Part shown: piece after piece, positions 30,778-39,482 of the stretch
How positions within the stretch are numbered: position 1 is the stretch's first letter
How the letters are laid out: each line of letters starts with the position of its first letter
NCBI GenBank assembly: GCA_903908065.1
Contig: CAIVQO010000081.1
Span: 18,954 to 82,953, forward strand
DNA length: 64,000 bases
DNA from: an uncultured beta proteobacterium
GTDB lineage: Bacteria > Pseudomonadota > Gammaproteobacteria > Burkholderiales > Rhodocyclaceae
Direction of reading: 5' to 3'
Notes under the pieces: model-generated
Told to the model about the DNA's origin: nothing
What the model saw: the letters and a program-made list of their open reading frames with translations, nothing else
The model's database searches: none
Translations under genes and position numbers: made by a program

Positions 30778-31131
30778 TTATTTCGGAATGTCCTTCGCCT
30801 TCGAATCGGGAGCGGCCGGAGCTGCCGGCGGCAATGCCGGGGCAGAGCTGGGCGCCGGGACCGAATCCATCACGCTGGTTGCGCGGGTCGGACGCGAATT
30901 CGATACGTACGACAGCCCGAGGCTGGTCAGAAAAAACACTGCCGCAAGCACTGCCGTAGCACGGGACAGGAAATTCGCCGAACCGGTGGCGCCAAACAGG
31001 CTGCCCGACGCACCGCTGCCAAAGGCCGCCCCCATGTCCGCACCCTTGCCGTGCTGTAACAGCACGAGGCCGACGACGCCGACGCCGGCAAGAATATGTA
31101 CGACCAGAATGACGCTATGCAGGATTTCCAT
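30778..31131 (-). CDS. secG: Preprotein translocase subunit SecG
   Basis: ORF 30778..31131. LLQHGKGADMGAAFGSGASGSLFGATGSANFLSR is the SecG signature. Confidence 0.95.
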   Translation of the reverse strand: MEILHSVILVVHILAGVGVVGLVLLQHGKGADMGAAFGSGASGSLFGATGSANFLSRATAVLAAVFFLTSLGLSYVSNSRPTRATSVMDSVPAPSSAPALPPAAPAAPDSKAKDIPK

Positions 31132-31153
31132 GAAGTCCTCTTGAAGTAAATGC

Positions 31154-31897
31154 TCAGGCGGCAGCGTGTATGGCGAGGAAATCCTCGGCCACCAGCGAGG
31201 CGCCGCCGATCAGGCCGCCATCGATGTCGGCCTGGCCAAAAAGTTCCTTTGCATTGCCGGGTTTGACGCTGCCACCGTAAAGAATCTGCAGTCCCGCAGC
31301 AATATCGGCACTGTCTGAAGCAAAGCGTGCGCGGATCAAGGCATGAACCTCTTGCGCCTGTGCTGGCGTTGCGGTTCGACCGGTGCCGATCGCCCAGACC
31401 GGTTCGTAGGCCACCACGGCGCGCGAAAAAGACGCGACTCCGGAACCCGCCAGGACGGCATCAAGCTGGCGCGTCACGACGGCTCCGGTGATGCCGGCCT
31501 CGCGTTCCGCCAGCGTCTCGCCCACGCACAACACGGGAATCAGCCCAACCTTGAGGGCCGCCGCAAATTTTGCCGCAACCACGGCATCGGTGTCGCCATA
31601 GAACGAGCGACGCTCGGAATGTCCCACGAGCACATATCGGCAGCCGAAATCGGCAAGCATGGCACCACTGACTTCACCCGTGTAGGCCCCTTGCCCATGC
31701 TCGGAAACATCTTGCGCGCCCCAGGCTACCTTGCTGCCATCGAGCACGGCACGTGCCTGGGCCAGATAGGGATATGGCACGCAGACGGCAATTTCCGCCT
31801 GCCCTTGGGCTCCCTCACGCACGGCCTGCAGCAGGCCCAGATTGCCGGCCAGGCTGCCGTGCATTTTCCAGTTACCGGCGACAAGTTTGGTACGCAT
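31154..31897 (-). CDS. tpiA: Triosephosphate isomerase
   Basis: ORF 31154..32005 trimmed to ATG 31897 (MRTKLVAGNWKMHG). Motifs VGHSERR, AYEPVWAIGTG and GGASL. Confidence 0.95.
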   Translation of the reverse strand: MRTKLVAGNWKMHGSLAGNLGLLQAVREGAQGQAEIAVCVPYPYLAQARAVLDGSKVAWGAQDVSEHGQGAYTGEVSGAMLADFGCRYVLVGHSERRSFYGDTDAVVAAKFAAALKVGLIPVLCVGETLAEREAGITGAVVTRQLDAVLAGSGVASFSRAVVAYEPVWAIGTGRTATPAQAQEVHALIRARFASDSADIAAGLQILYGGSVKPGNAKELFGQADIDGGLIGGASLVAEDFLAIHAAA

Positions 31898-32013
31898 GAT
31901 ATTCGTCTGGCTCGATCGAAAGCCCGCGATTATAGCCATTGCACTGCCTGAACGCCACACTGCGGGACGGCTTGGCCAGATCCAAGCGTCGGAATGGGCC
32001 GCCATCGTCCCGC

Positions 32014-32027
32014 TTGATGCAGATCAA
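32014..32027 (+). promoter_or_regulatory. FNR/CRP-family binding site, perfect FNR consensus TTGAT-N4-ATCAA
   Basis: TTGATgcagATCAA read directly. A candidate -10 hexamer GATACT sits at 32049-32054, 21 nt after the box, which is class II spacing. The frdA ATG is at 32094. Confidence 0.75.
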
Positions 32028-32093
32028 CAAGCGTGCGGGGAAAGAGCCGATACTCCGCGAATATTAGCGATTGCTACAACTCGGAACCCTCCC

Positions 32094-33851
32094 ATGGAAA
32101 CTGTAAGCACTGATGTCGTGATCGTGGGCGCAGGAGGCGCAGGCTTGCGTGCCGCAATCGCCCTCGCGGAAACCGCTCCGACGCTGCGCATTGCCCTGAT
32201 CTCCAAGGTCTATCCCATGCGCAGCCACACCTGCGCGGCAGAAGGAGGGGCCGCCGGCGTGATCAAGCCCGACGACAGCTTCGACTTTCACTTCCACGAC
32301 ACCGTTGGCGGCGGCGATTGGCTTTCCGATCAGGATTGCGTCGAGTATTTCATCCACGAAGCCCCCAAAGAACTGCTGCAACTTGAGCACTGGGGCTGCC
32401 CCTGGAACCGGGAAGCGGATGGTTCGGTCGCCGTACGTCCCTTCGGCGGCATGAAGAAGCAGCGCACCTGGTTTGCCGCCGATAAATCCGGCTTCCACAT
32501 CCTGCACACCTTGTTCCAGACCTCATTGCAGTTTCCCTCCATTACCCGCTTCGACGAATATTTCGGGCTCGACCTGTTGATGCATGACGGCCGCTGCCGT
32601 GGCATCACCGCGATGGAAATGCGTAGCGGCGAATTGCGTCAGTTCCACGCCAAGGCGGTGATCATCGCCGGGGGTGGCGCCGGGCGGATGTTCCCTTTCT
32701 CCACCAACGGCGCGATCAAGACGGGCGATGGCATAGCCATGGCCTACCGCGCCGGTGCACCGCTCAAGGACATGGAGTTTGTCCAGTACCATCCGACCGG
32801 CCTGCCCAACACCGGCAGCCTGCTGACTGAGGCCTGTCGCGGCGAGGGCGGCATCCTCACCAACAAGCATGGCCGCCGCTACCTGCAGGATTACGGCATG
32901 GGGCCGGAAACACCGGTCGGCAAACCCCAGCTCAAGACCATGGAGCTCGGCCCGCGCGACCGGCTCAGCCAGGCCTACTGGCATGAATTGCAGAAGGGCA
33001 ACACCGTCAGCACCCAGTGGGGTGAATGTGTTTTGCTCGACATGCGCCACCTCGGCGCGAAGAAAATCCGCGAGCGCCTGCCGCTGGTACATGAACTGGC
33101 CGAAAGCTATCTCGGCGTCGACATCATCAAGGACCCGGTGCCGATCCGCCCGGTGGTGCATTACATGATGGGGGGCATTTCGACCAATACCGCCGCCGCA
33201 ACGCCACTCCCGGGCCTATTCGCCGCCGGCGAATGTGCCTGCGTCAGCCTCAACGGTGCCAACCGGCTGGGGTCCAACTCGCTCGTCGAATTGCTGGTGT
33301 TCGGCCGCCGCGCCGCACTTTCGGCCATCGACTACCTGCAGACTGTCCCGGCCTTGGATGCTTCGTCACTGAACGCGGCGGCCGACACCACGCGTCAGCG
33401 CATCGAGGCGCTCTACAACCGGAACGATGGCGTCGAATCGATGTCCGGACTGCGTCGCGAAATGATGGACACGATGGAGAAGAACGTGGGCATCTATCGC
33501 AACGAAGCCGGCTTGCAGGAAGGAGTGAACAAGATTCACGAACTGCGTGCGCGCTACACCCGGGTCAAACTTACCGATCGCAGCCGCGTGTTCAACACCG
33601 ACCTGTTCCAGATCCTCGAACTTGGGTCAATGCTTGACTGTGCCGAGGCGGTTACGGTGGGTGCGCTGGCTCGGCGCGAATCGCGCGGCGCCCACCAGCG
33701 CCTGGATTATGTGGACCGTGATGACACGAATTTCCTGCGCCACACCATGGTTCATCGCCAGGGTGCCGACCTGCCGCGTGTCGACTACCTAGATGTTGTC
33801 ATCACACGTTCGCCGCCGGGCGTGCGCGACTATTCGGGAGACCACAAATGA
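32094..33851 (+). CDS. frdA: Fumarate reductase flavoprotein subunit
   Basis: ORF 31842..33851 trimmed to ATG 32094 (METVSTDVVIVGAGGAGLRAAIA). Motifs RSHTCAAEGG, YHPTG and HGANRLGSNSL. Followed by frdBCD. Confidence 0.93.
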   Translation: METVSTDVVIVGAGGAGLRAAIALAETAPTLRIALISKVYPMRSHTCAAEGGAAGVIKPDDSFDFHFHDTVGGGDWLSDQDCVEYFIHEAPKELLQLEHWGCPWNREADGSVAVRPFGGMKKQRTWFAADKSGFHILHTLFQTSLQFPSITRFDEYFGLDLLMHDGRCRGITAMEMRSGELRQFHAKAVIIAGGGAGRMFPFSTNGAIKTGDGIAMAYRAGAPLKDMEFVQYHPTGLPNTGSLLTEACRGEGGILTNKHGRRYLQDYGMGPETPVGKPQLKTMELGPRDRLSQAYWHELQKGNTVSTQWGECVLLDMRHLGAKKIRERLPLVHELAESYLGVDIIKDPVPIRPVVHYMMGGISTNTAAATPLPGLFAAGECACVSLNGANRLGSNSLVELLVFGRRAALSAIDYLQTVPALDASSLNAAADTTRQRIEALYNRNDGVESMSGLRREMMDTMEKNVGIYRNEAGLQEGVNKIHELRARYTRVKLTDRSRVFNTDLFQILELGSMLDCAEAVTVGALARRESRGAHQRLDYVDRDDTNFLRHTMVHRQGADLPRVDYLDVVITRSPPGVRDYSGDHK

Positions 33852-34591
33852 AGGAACGACTGGTCCAGCTCGATGTCCTGCGCTACAACCCGGACACTGA
33901 CACCGAGGCGCACTTCCAGCGTTATGAAGTCATGTGCCAGGAGGAATGGGTGGTGCTCGATGCGCTGAACAAGGTCAAGGAAAGCATCGACCCGACGCTG
34001 AACTACCGCTGGTCCTGCCACATGGCGGTCTGCGGCAGTTGCGGCATGATGATCAACGGCGAACCGAAGCTGTCCTGCCACACGTTCCTGCGCGACTACC
34101 CCGGGGTGATCCGCGTCGAACCGCTGACCCACTTCCCGGTCGAGCGCGACCTCGTCACCGCGCCCGACGACTTCATGGAAAAGCTGAAGCGCGTCAAACC
34201 CTACGTCATTGCCAAGCAGAAAAAGCCGATCGAGGAAGGCGAATACAAACAGACGCCGGCGCAGCTGATGAAGTTTCGCCAGTACTCGATGTGCATCAAC
34301 TGCATGCTGTGCTATGCCGCCTGCCCGGAATACGGACTGACACCCCATTTCGTTGGCCCCGCCGCCCTGACACTGGCCCACCGCTACAACCTGGATTCGC
34401 GCGACGAGGGGCGCAAGGAACGCATGGAAGTGGTGGCAACCAAGGAAGGTGTTTGGGAGTGCACCTTCGTCGGCGCCTGCTCCGAAGTCTGCCCGGCCCA
34501 GGTCGACCCGGCCAGTGCCCTGCAGCAACTTAAGATCGTCGGCTCGATCGACTGGATCGTCGAGCATCTGTTGCCCGGAGGTAAGCCATGA
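33848..34591 (+). CDS. frdB: Fumarate reductase iron-sulfur subunit
   Basis: ORF 33848..34591. Motifs WSCHMAVCGSCGMMING, CINCMLCYAACP and CTFVGACSEVCP. ATGA overlap with frdA. Confidence 0.95.
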   Translation: MKERLVQLDVLRYNPDTDTEAHFQRYEVMCQEEWVVLDALNKVKESIDPTLNYRWSCHMAVCGSCGMMINGEPKLSCHTFLRDYPGVIRVEPLTHFPVERDLVTAPDDFMEKLKRVKPYVIAKQKKPIEEGEYKQTPAQLMKFRQYSMCINCMLCYAACPEYGLTPHFVGPAALTLAHRYNLDSRDEGRKERMEVVATKEGVWECTFVGACSEVCPAQVDPASALQQLKIVGSIDWIVEHLLPGGKP

Positions 34592-34980
34592 GCCGCCGCC
34601 CACTGATCCGCGAGGTTCCGCCCGCGAGCTGGTTTTTCCGCCATCCGCGCTACTTGCGCTACATGGCGCGCGAGGTGACCAGTGTTTTCGTCGGTGCCTA
34701 TTGCGTACTTTTGGTAATCGCTATGCAGCGCCTTGCGGCCGGACCGATCGCCTGGCAGGAGTTTCTTGTGGCGTTGCGCAGCCCCGTCTCGATCATCTTT
34801 CACCTGCTGGCCATGGCGGCGGCTTTCTATCATGCCGGCACCTGGTTCAATGCCACGCAGAAAGCCATGCCGCTCCAGATCGGCGAGAACTTCGTCCCGG
34901 GTTCCTACATATCGGGCGCCCACTATCTGGTCTGGGCCGTGCTATCGCTGGTGGTGCTGTTTTTCGCGGGAGTGTTCTGA
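34588..34980 (+). CDS. frdC: Fumarate reductase membrane anchor subunit C
   Basis: ORF 34588..34980, 130 aa. Aligns by eye with E. coli FrdC (FYRFYMLREGT vs RYLRYMAREVT; HTKTWF vs HAGTWF). Confidence 0.9.
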   Translation: MSRRPLIREVPPASWFFRHPRYLRYMAREVTSVFVGAYCVLLVIAMQRLAAGPIAWQEFLVALRSPVSIIFHLLAMAAAFYHAGTWFNATQKAMPLQIGENFVPGSYISGAHYLVWAVLSLVVLFFAGVF

Positions 34981-34982
34981 CC

Positions 34983-35324
34983 ATGGCCAAGTCCCATAAG
35001 CCGGTCGTCTGGTTTCCCTTTGCCGCCGGCGGCACCGTTATTGCGTTCTGCATGCCCGTGATCGTCGTCCTCGGCTTTCTGGCCGCGCTCGGTCACGTGC
35101 CATCCGGACTGAGCTATGAGTCACTGCATGCCTTCGCTGCCCACGGGCTAGGCAGGCTGGTGCTGCTGGGCGTCATCGCCTTGTCGCTATGGAGCTCGGC
35201 CCACCGCTTGCGCTGTACCTGCTACGATTTCGGCCTGCGCGCGGACACGCTGATTGCCACGATGCTGTATGTCGCGGCGATCGTCGGCAGCGCAGCGACG
35301 GCGATGTTCCTTTTCCGGATCTAG
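34983..35324 (+). CDS. frdD: Fumarate reductase membrane anchor subunit D
   Basis: Tail of ORF 34449..35324 from ATG 34983 (MAKSHKPVVWFPFAAGGTVIAF...LSYESLHAFA). Same pattern as E. coli FrdD (PVFWGLFGAGG...LSYERVLAFA). Confidence 0.88.
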   Translation: MAKSHKPVVWFPFAAGGTVIAFCMPVIVVLGFLAALGHVPSGLSYESLHAFAAHGLGRLVLLGVIALSLWSSAHRLRCTCYDFGLRADTLIATMLYVAAIVGSAATAMFLFRI

Positions 35325-35356
35325 CCCGCACACAAACAACAAAGTACAGGGAAAAC

Positions 35357-36112
35357 ATGGCACCACCCCCACCGGCCTCGCGCGAAGCCGTCCGCGAAGC
35401 GCGCCTTGGCGATGTCTGGAGCAACGAGCTGAATGACGTTTTCGCCGATGTCGCACCGTATTACGACCGCGCCAATAACATTGCCGCGCTCGGGCAGTTC
35501 GGCAATTTCCTGCGCCGGTTCATGCAACTCGTCGAATTGCGACCGCACCAGAAGGTGCTCGACGTCTGCGCCGGCACCAACGCGGTTGGCATTGCCCTGC
35601 TGAAGCGCGAACCGACCCTGGAAATCCATGCCATCGATCGCAGCGCGGCTATGCAGACCGTGGGACAGCAACGCGCAGCGGAACTGGGATTCCAGATCAA
35701 GAGCAATATCGGCGACGTGCATGCCCTACCCTTTCCCGACAATCACTTTGACGTGGTGACCCTGCAGTTCGCCTCGCGTCATCTGCGGGTGCGCGAGGTG
35801 TTCGCGGAAATCCGCCGGGTATTGAAACCCGGCGGCCGCTTCCATCATTCGGACATGTTGCGGCCGCGCAATCCGATCGTGAAGCGTCTGTATTACAGCT
35901 ATCTGCGCGGCTGCCTCGGCATCACCGGCCTGATCGTCGGCAGCGGACCCGCGGCCGTCCAGGCCAAGCAATACTTCATGGACGCGCTGGAGCTTTTCTA
36001 TACGGCCGAGGATTTGTCGATCCTGCTACGTGAGCTTGGCTTTGTCGATGTTCGCGTCGACACCGTGTTCCACGGCATGATCGGATTCCACCGCGCTACC
36101 AAGGCGGGCTGA
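35357..36112 (+). CDS. UbiE/MenG-like class I SAM-dependent methyltransferase-fold protein with atypical motif I; RquA (rhodoquinone) candidate
   Basis: ORF 35189..36112 trimmed to ATG 35357 (MAPPPPASREAV). YYDRANNIAALG resembles the UbiE N-terminus. Motif I reads VLDVCAGTNAVG rather than GxGxG. Also LPFPDNHFDVVTLQFASRHL and VLKPGGRF. It lies 32 nt after frdD. Confidence 0.85.
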   Translation: MAPPPPASREAVREARLGDVWSNELNDVFADVAPYYDRANNIAALGQFGNFLRRFMQLVELRPHQKVLDVCAGTNAVGIALLKREPTLEIHAIDRSAAMQTVGQQRAAELGFQIKSNIGDVHALPFPDNHFDVVTLQFASRHLRVREVFAEIRRVLKPGGRFHHSDMLRPRNPIVKRLYYSYLRGCLGITGLIVGSGPAAVQAKQYFMDALELFYTAEDLSILLRELGFVDVRVDTVFHGMIGFHRATKAG

Positions 36113-36129
36113 GGATCCCGGCAATCGCG

Positions 36130-36813
36130 GTGCTTCCGGAGGCGCACAGACTCGCACGACTCGACGGCCGGGTGCAGCGGCTGTACAGCCGGCGCACCCT
36201 CGCCGCGCTGCGGGCCGCACTGCCGATGCGCCTCGCGCTGCCCCACCTGGAGCCCGTGCTGGTGCTCAATGTCGCCAAGGAAGTCGAGAAGGACACGGCG
36301 GTAATCCTCGATGCCGGAAACCCGATGCGCGCCGGCATCGAGCAGGAACAGCGCCTTTCCGATCTGTTGCAGGCAACGCGGGACATCGACCGTCGCTTCC
36401 TCGACCAGGTGGGCCGTTTTCCGGTGGAAATCGTCGTCCGCTACGACGAGATCATCCCGTTTCGCACCCGCCGCATACGTCTCATGCATGAGGCCGCGCA
36501 AAAAATCCTTGGCGGCGGGAGCAATGCCGCCAGCCTGCGCGACGCATTGCGTGCCGCATATTCGCGGGAAGAGTTCGCCCGCCTGCAGCACGAACTGTTT
36601 CACCTGTACGCCGAGGAAGTTCGCTCCTTGAGCCGTTCAGTGCGCCTGCCCAGGGCGCTTGTGCCGCTGCGCGAAATGATCGCCCGCGAGTTGCTTGACG
36701 TCATGCTGCGCGTCGCTTGGCCCCTGGCGCAGGACATCGCTGCGCTGGCCCATCGCCCCGCCGCGCGGGGGGCCACGGTGGCGAACCAAGCGGGCGCTGC
36801 AAGCGCCGATTGA
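36130..36813 (+). CDS. Hypothetical protein (227 aa), no family recognised
   Basis: ORF 36130..36813 (GTG start; ATG 36226 is the alternative). Third codon positions look GC-rich by eye and composition is normal. The competing minus-strand ORF 35998..36603 overlaps the methyltransferase 3' end and looks like a shadow. Confidence 0.55.
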   Translation: MLPEAHRLARLDGRVQRLYSRRTLAALRAALPMRLALPHLEPVLVLNVAKEVEKDTAVILDAGNPMRAGIEQEQRLSDLLQATRDIDRRFLDQVGRFPVEIVVRYDEIIPFRTRRIRLMHEAAQKILGGGSNAASLRDALRAAYSREEFARLQHELFHLYAEEVRSLSRSVRLPRALVPLREMIARELLDVMLRVAWPLAQDIAALAHRPAARGATVANQAGAASAD

Positions 36814-36899
36814 CGGCGGCGCCACTCCACCGACATACTTGCAACAGGGCAGTTGAAGCCTCAAGCTTCGCCCTGCTCCACTTGATCCGGGAGAGACGC

Positions 36900-37769
36900 A
36901 TGAACCCTTGTCCTGAATCCCCGCCGCAAGCGGTCAGCCGCAGTCGCGCATGGGGTGCCGGCCTGTTGCTTGCCCTGACGGTCGGTGCCGCAAGCGCTGC
37001 CGAACAAAAGCTGCCGATCTTCGACGCCCATATCCATTACAGCCACGATGCCTGGGAGAGCACGCCGCCCAAGGCGGCGATCGCCATCCTGCGCAAAGCC
37101 GGATTGAAGCGCGCCATGGTCTCCAGCTCCAGCGACGACGGCACACAAAAGCTCTATGCCGAGGCGCCCGACCTCGTGGTGCCCTCGTTGCGCCCGTATC
37201 GCAAGCGCGGCGAAATTTCGAGCTGGGTGCGCGATGAAACCGTGATCGGGCATGTCGAGGAGCGCCTGAAGAAATACCGTTATGCCGCGATTGGCGAATT
37301 TCACGTGTATGGGGCCGATGCCGACCTGCCGGTGATGCGACGCATGACGCAACTCGCCAAACAGTACAAATTATGGCTGCACCTGCATGGTGACAGCGAT
37401 GCCATCGAGCGCGTTATAAGGCAGGATCCGGAGGCGCGCATCCTCTGGGCCCACTCCGGCTTCGACCGTCCGGAGGCGGTGCGCGCCATGCTCAGGAAAC
37501 ATCCTCGCCTGTATGCCGACCTGGCCTTCCGCAATGACCATGCATCGGGCGGCAAGGCCGACCCGGCGTGGCGTGAGGCCTTCCTAGAGTTTCCCGATCG
37601 CTTCCTGGTCGGCACCGACACCTTCACGCCGGAACGCTGGTACTACATCGTCGAGCATGCCGACTGGTCGCGCGGCTGGCTGGCCGACCTGCCACGCGAC
37701 GTTGCCGAAAAAATCGGCTGGCGCAACGGCGAGACGCTTTTCGCCTCGATGATGACGGGCAGGCAATGA
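36900..37769 (+). CDS. Exported amidohydrolase-fold (TIM-barrel metal hydrolase) protein
   Basis: ORF 36717..37769 trimmed to ATG 36900. Signal-like segment WGAGLLLALTVGAASAAEQ, then PIFDAHIHY, GEFHVYG and WLHLH metal-ligand-like motifs. Confidence 0.8.
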   Translation: MNPCPESPPQAVSRSRAWGAGLLLALTVGAASAAEQKLPIFDAHIHYSHDAWESTPPKAAIAILRKAGLKRAMVSSSSDDGTQKLYAEAPDLVVPSLRPYRKRGEISSWVRDETVIGHVEERLKKYRYAAIGEFHVYGADADLPVMRRMTQLAKQYKLWLHLHGDSDAIERVIRQDPEARILWAHSGFDRPEAVRAMLRKHPRLYADLAFRNDHASGGKADPAWREAFLEFPDRFLVGTDTFTPERWYYIVEHADWSRGWLADLPRDVAEKIGWRNGETLFASMMTGRQ

Positions 37770-38221
37770 AAAGTCGGCGCTCGCGATACGGCGTTTTGCG
37801 ACGCTGGATCCCGCTGTTTCTGCTTGGCACGGTCAGTACGATCGCACTGGCCGCCTGCCCGCCCAACGAGGCCGACGGCAGCCTGCTGACGAGCGGCAAG
37901 CTGCAACTCGCCTGGCGCCCGCTGCTCCAGGGCGATACTCCGGTCGCAACGACCGCCATTCCCATGGCACGGCACTTCGCGCTGGCTGTGCAGCTTTGCG
38001 AAGGGCGCATGGCGTCCCAGGCCAGCCTGAAACGCATCGATGCCACCATGCCGGAGCACAGGCACGGCATGAACTACCAGCCCCGTATCAGCCCCCTGGG
38101 CGACGGCCGCTTCCGCGTCGAAGGCCTGATGTTCCACATGAGCGGACGCTGGCAGATCGAGTTTGAAGTGCAAAATGGCAATGACGTGTCACGCCTTCTG
38201 CATGACGTTCAGATTCGATAG
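37766..38221 (+). CDS. Lipoprotein with YtkA/FixH-like His/Met motif
   Basis: ORF 37766..38221. Lipobox TIALAAC. Motifs ATMPEHRHGMNY and HMSGRWQIEFEV. ATGA overlap with the upstream gene. Confidence 0.8.
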   Translation: MKSRRSRYGVLRRWIPLFLLGTVSTIALAACPPNEADGSLLTSGKLQLAWRPLLQGDTPVATTAIPMARHFALAVQLCEGRMASQASLKRIDATMPEHRHGMNYQPRISPLGDGRFRVEGLMFHMSGRWQIEFEVQNGNDVSRLLHDVQIR

Positions 38222-39482
38222 CTCCCGGATTTCACACCTGGCCTGCGTCTTCCTGCTGGCCTGCACCTGGGGGGCACAGGCGGGGGAAGCCGATTTCTCC
38301 GCCGAGGAGATCGCGCGCATCGCCAGCCATGGTCCCTGGCCCATGCCGTCGATGCGGGACCCCGGCAATCGCGTCTCCGGCAACCCGGCCGCCATCCGTC
38401 TGGGCTATCGCCTGTTTCACGATCCAGGCCTGGCCGCCAACCGGAAGATTTCCTGTGCAACGTGCCACCAGCCGGAACGCGGCTTCCAGGACGGGCTCGC
38501 CACCGCTCGCGGCTTGCAGCACGGGATCCGCAACACTCCGGGGCTCTGGAACGTCGGCCAGCAGCGCTGGTTCGGCTGGGATGGCGGACACGACAACCTG
38601 TGGTCAGCCAGCTTGCGGCCCATCCTTGATCCGGCCGAAATGGGCGGAGATGCGAAACGAACCGCCAGCCTGCTGCGCGGCCAGTCCGAACTGGATTGCC
38701 TGTATCGGCACGCCTTTGGCAAGGCACCCGACGCCGGCGACGACGCACTTCTGGCGAATGTAGCCAAGGCCATCGCCGCATGGCAGGAAACGCTGGTCTC
38801 GCCCGCCACCCGCTTCGACGCGCTGCGCGAGGCGCTACTGCGTGGCGATGGCGCAGCCGTCGCGAACCATGCGCCCGCACTACGGCGCGGGCTGCGCCTG
38901 TTTCTCGGACGCGGGCAATGCGCCACCTGCCACGCCGGTCCGCTCTTCAGCAATGGCGAGTTCGGCGATATCGGCGTGCCCTTCTTTGTCAAACCCGAGG
39001 GCGTCGACCCGGGTCGCCAGGGCGGCATCAAACGCGTGCTGGCCAACCCCTACAACCTGCTCGGCCGCCACAACGACGATGCGACCCGGAACAACGCCAC
39101 GGCGACCCGTCATCTGCGGCCCGAACATCGCAACTTCGGGGAATTCAAGGTACCCAGCCTGCGCAACCTCAAATACACGGCGCCCTACATGCATAACGGC
39201 AGCCTCGCCACGCTGCGCGATGTGGTGCACCACTACTCGCAAATCGATGAAGACCGCCTGCATAGCGACGGCGAACGCATCCTCAAGCCCTTGCACCTGA
39301 CCGAATCCGAAATCGACGACCTGGTGAGCTTTCTCGAAGCCCTGTCACCCGAAACGCCGATGGTAATCCCAGGCCCGCCGGCACGGATTGATTCCTGCCG
39401 TGGCTTTGCCCGTCGCTCCCAGGGCAAAGCCGATGCTCACGCTGCGAGCGTCACTTCACACGTCAGCCGAAACGACCGGTGA
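38202..39482 (+). CDS. Di-heme cytochrome c peroxidase / MauG-family protein
   Basis: ORF 38163..39482. I prefer ATG 38202 ([27 protein letters not shown], signal-like). Two CxxCH motifs (CATCHQ, CATCHA) and [21 protein letters not shown]. Confidence 0.88.
   Translation: MTFRFDSSRISHLACVFLLACTWGAQAGEADFSAEEIARIASHGPWPMPSMRDPGNRVSGNPAAIRLGYRLFHDPGLAANRKISCATCHQPERGFQDGLATARGLQHGIRNTPGLWNVGQQRWFGWDGGHDNLWSASLRPILDPAEMGGDAKRTASLLRGQSELDCLYRHAFGKAPDAGDDALLANVAKAIAAWQETLVSPATRFDALREALLRGDGAAVANHAPALRRGLRLFLGRGQCATCHAGPLFSNGEFGDIGVPFFVKPEGVDPGRQGGIKRVLANPYNLLGRHNDDATRNNATATRHLRPEHRNFGEFKVPSLRNLKYTAPYMHNGSLATLRDVVHHYSQIDEDRLHSDGERILKPLHLTESEIDDLVSFLEALSPETPMVIPGPPARIDSCRGFARRSQGKADAHAASVTSHVSRNDR

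Noticed and set aside
35998-36603. Minus-strand ORF of 201 aa competing with the 227-aa plus-strand hypothetical
   Set aside because: It overlaps the 3' end of the methyltransferase gene and has poorer codon bias. The plus frame has third codon positions that look GC-rich by eye and fits the operon direction.
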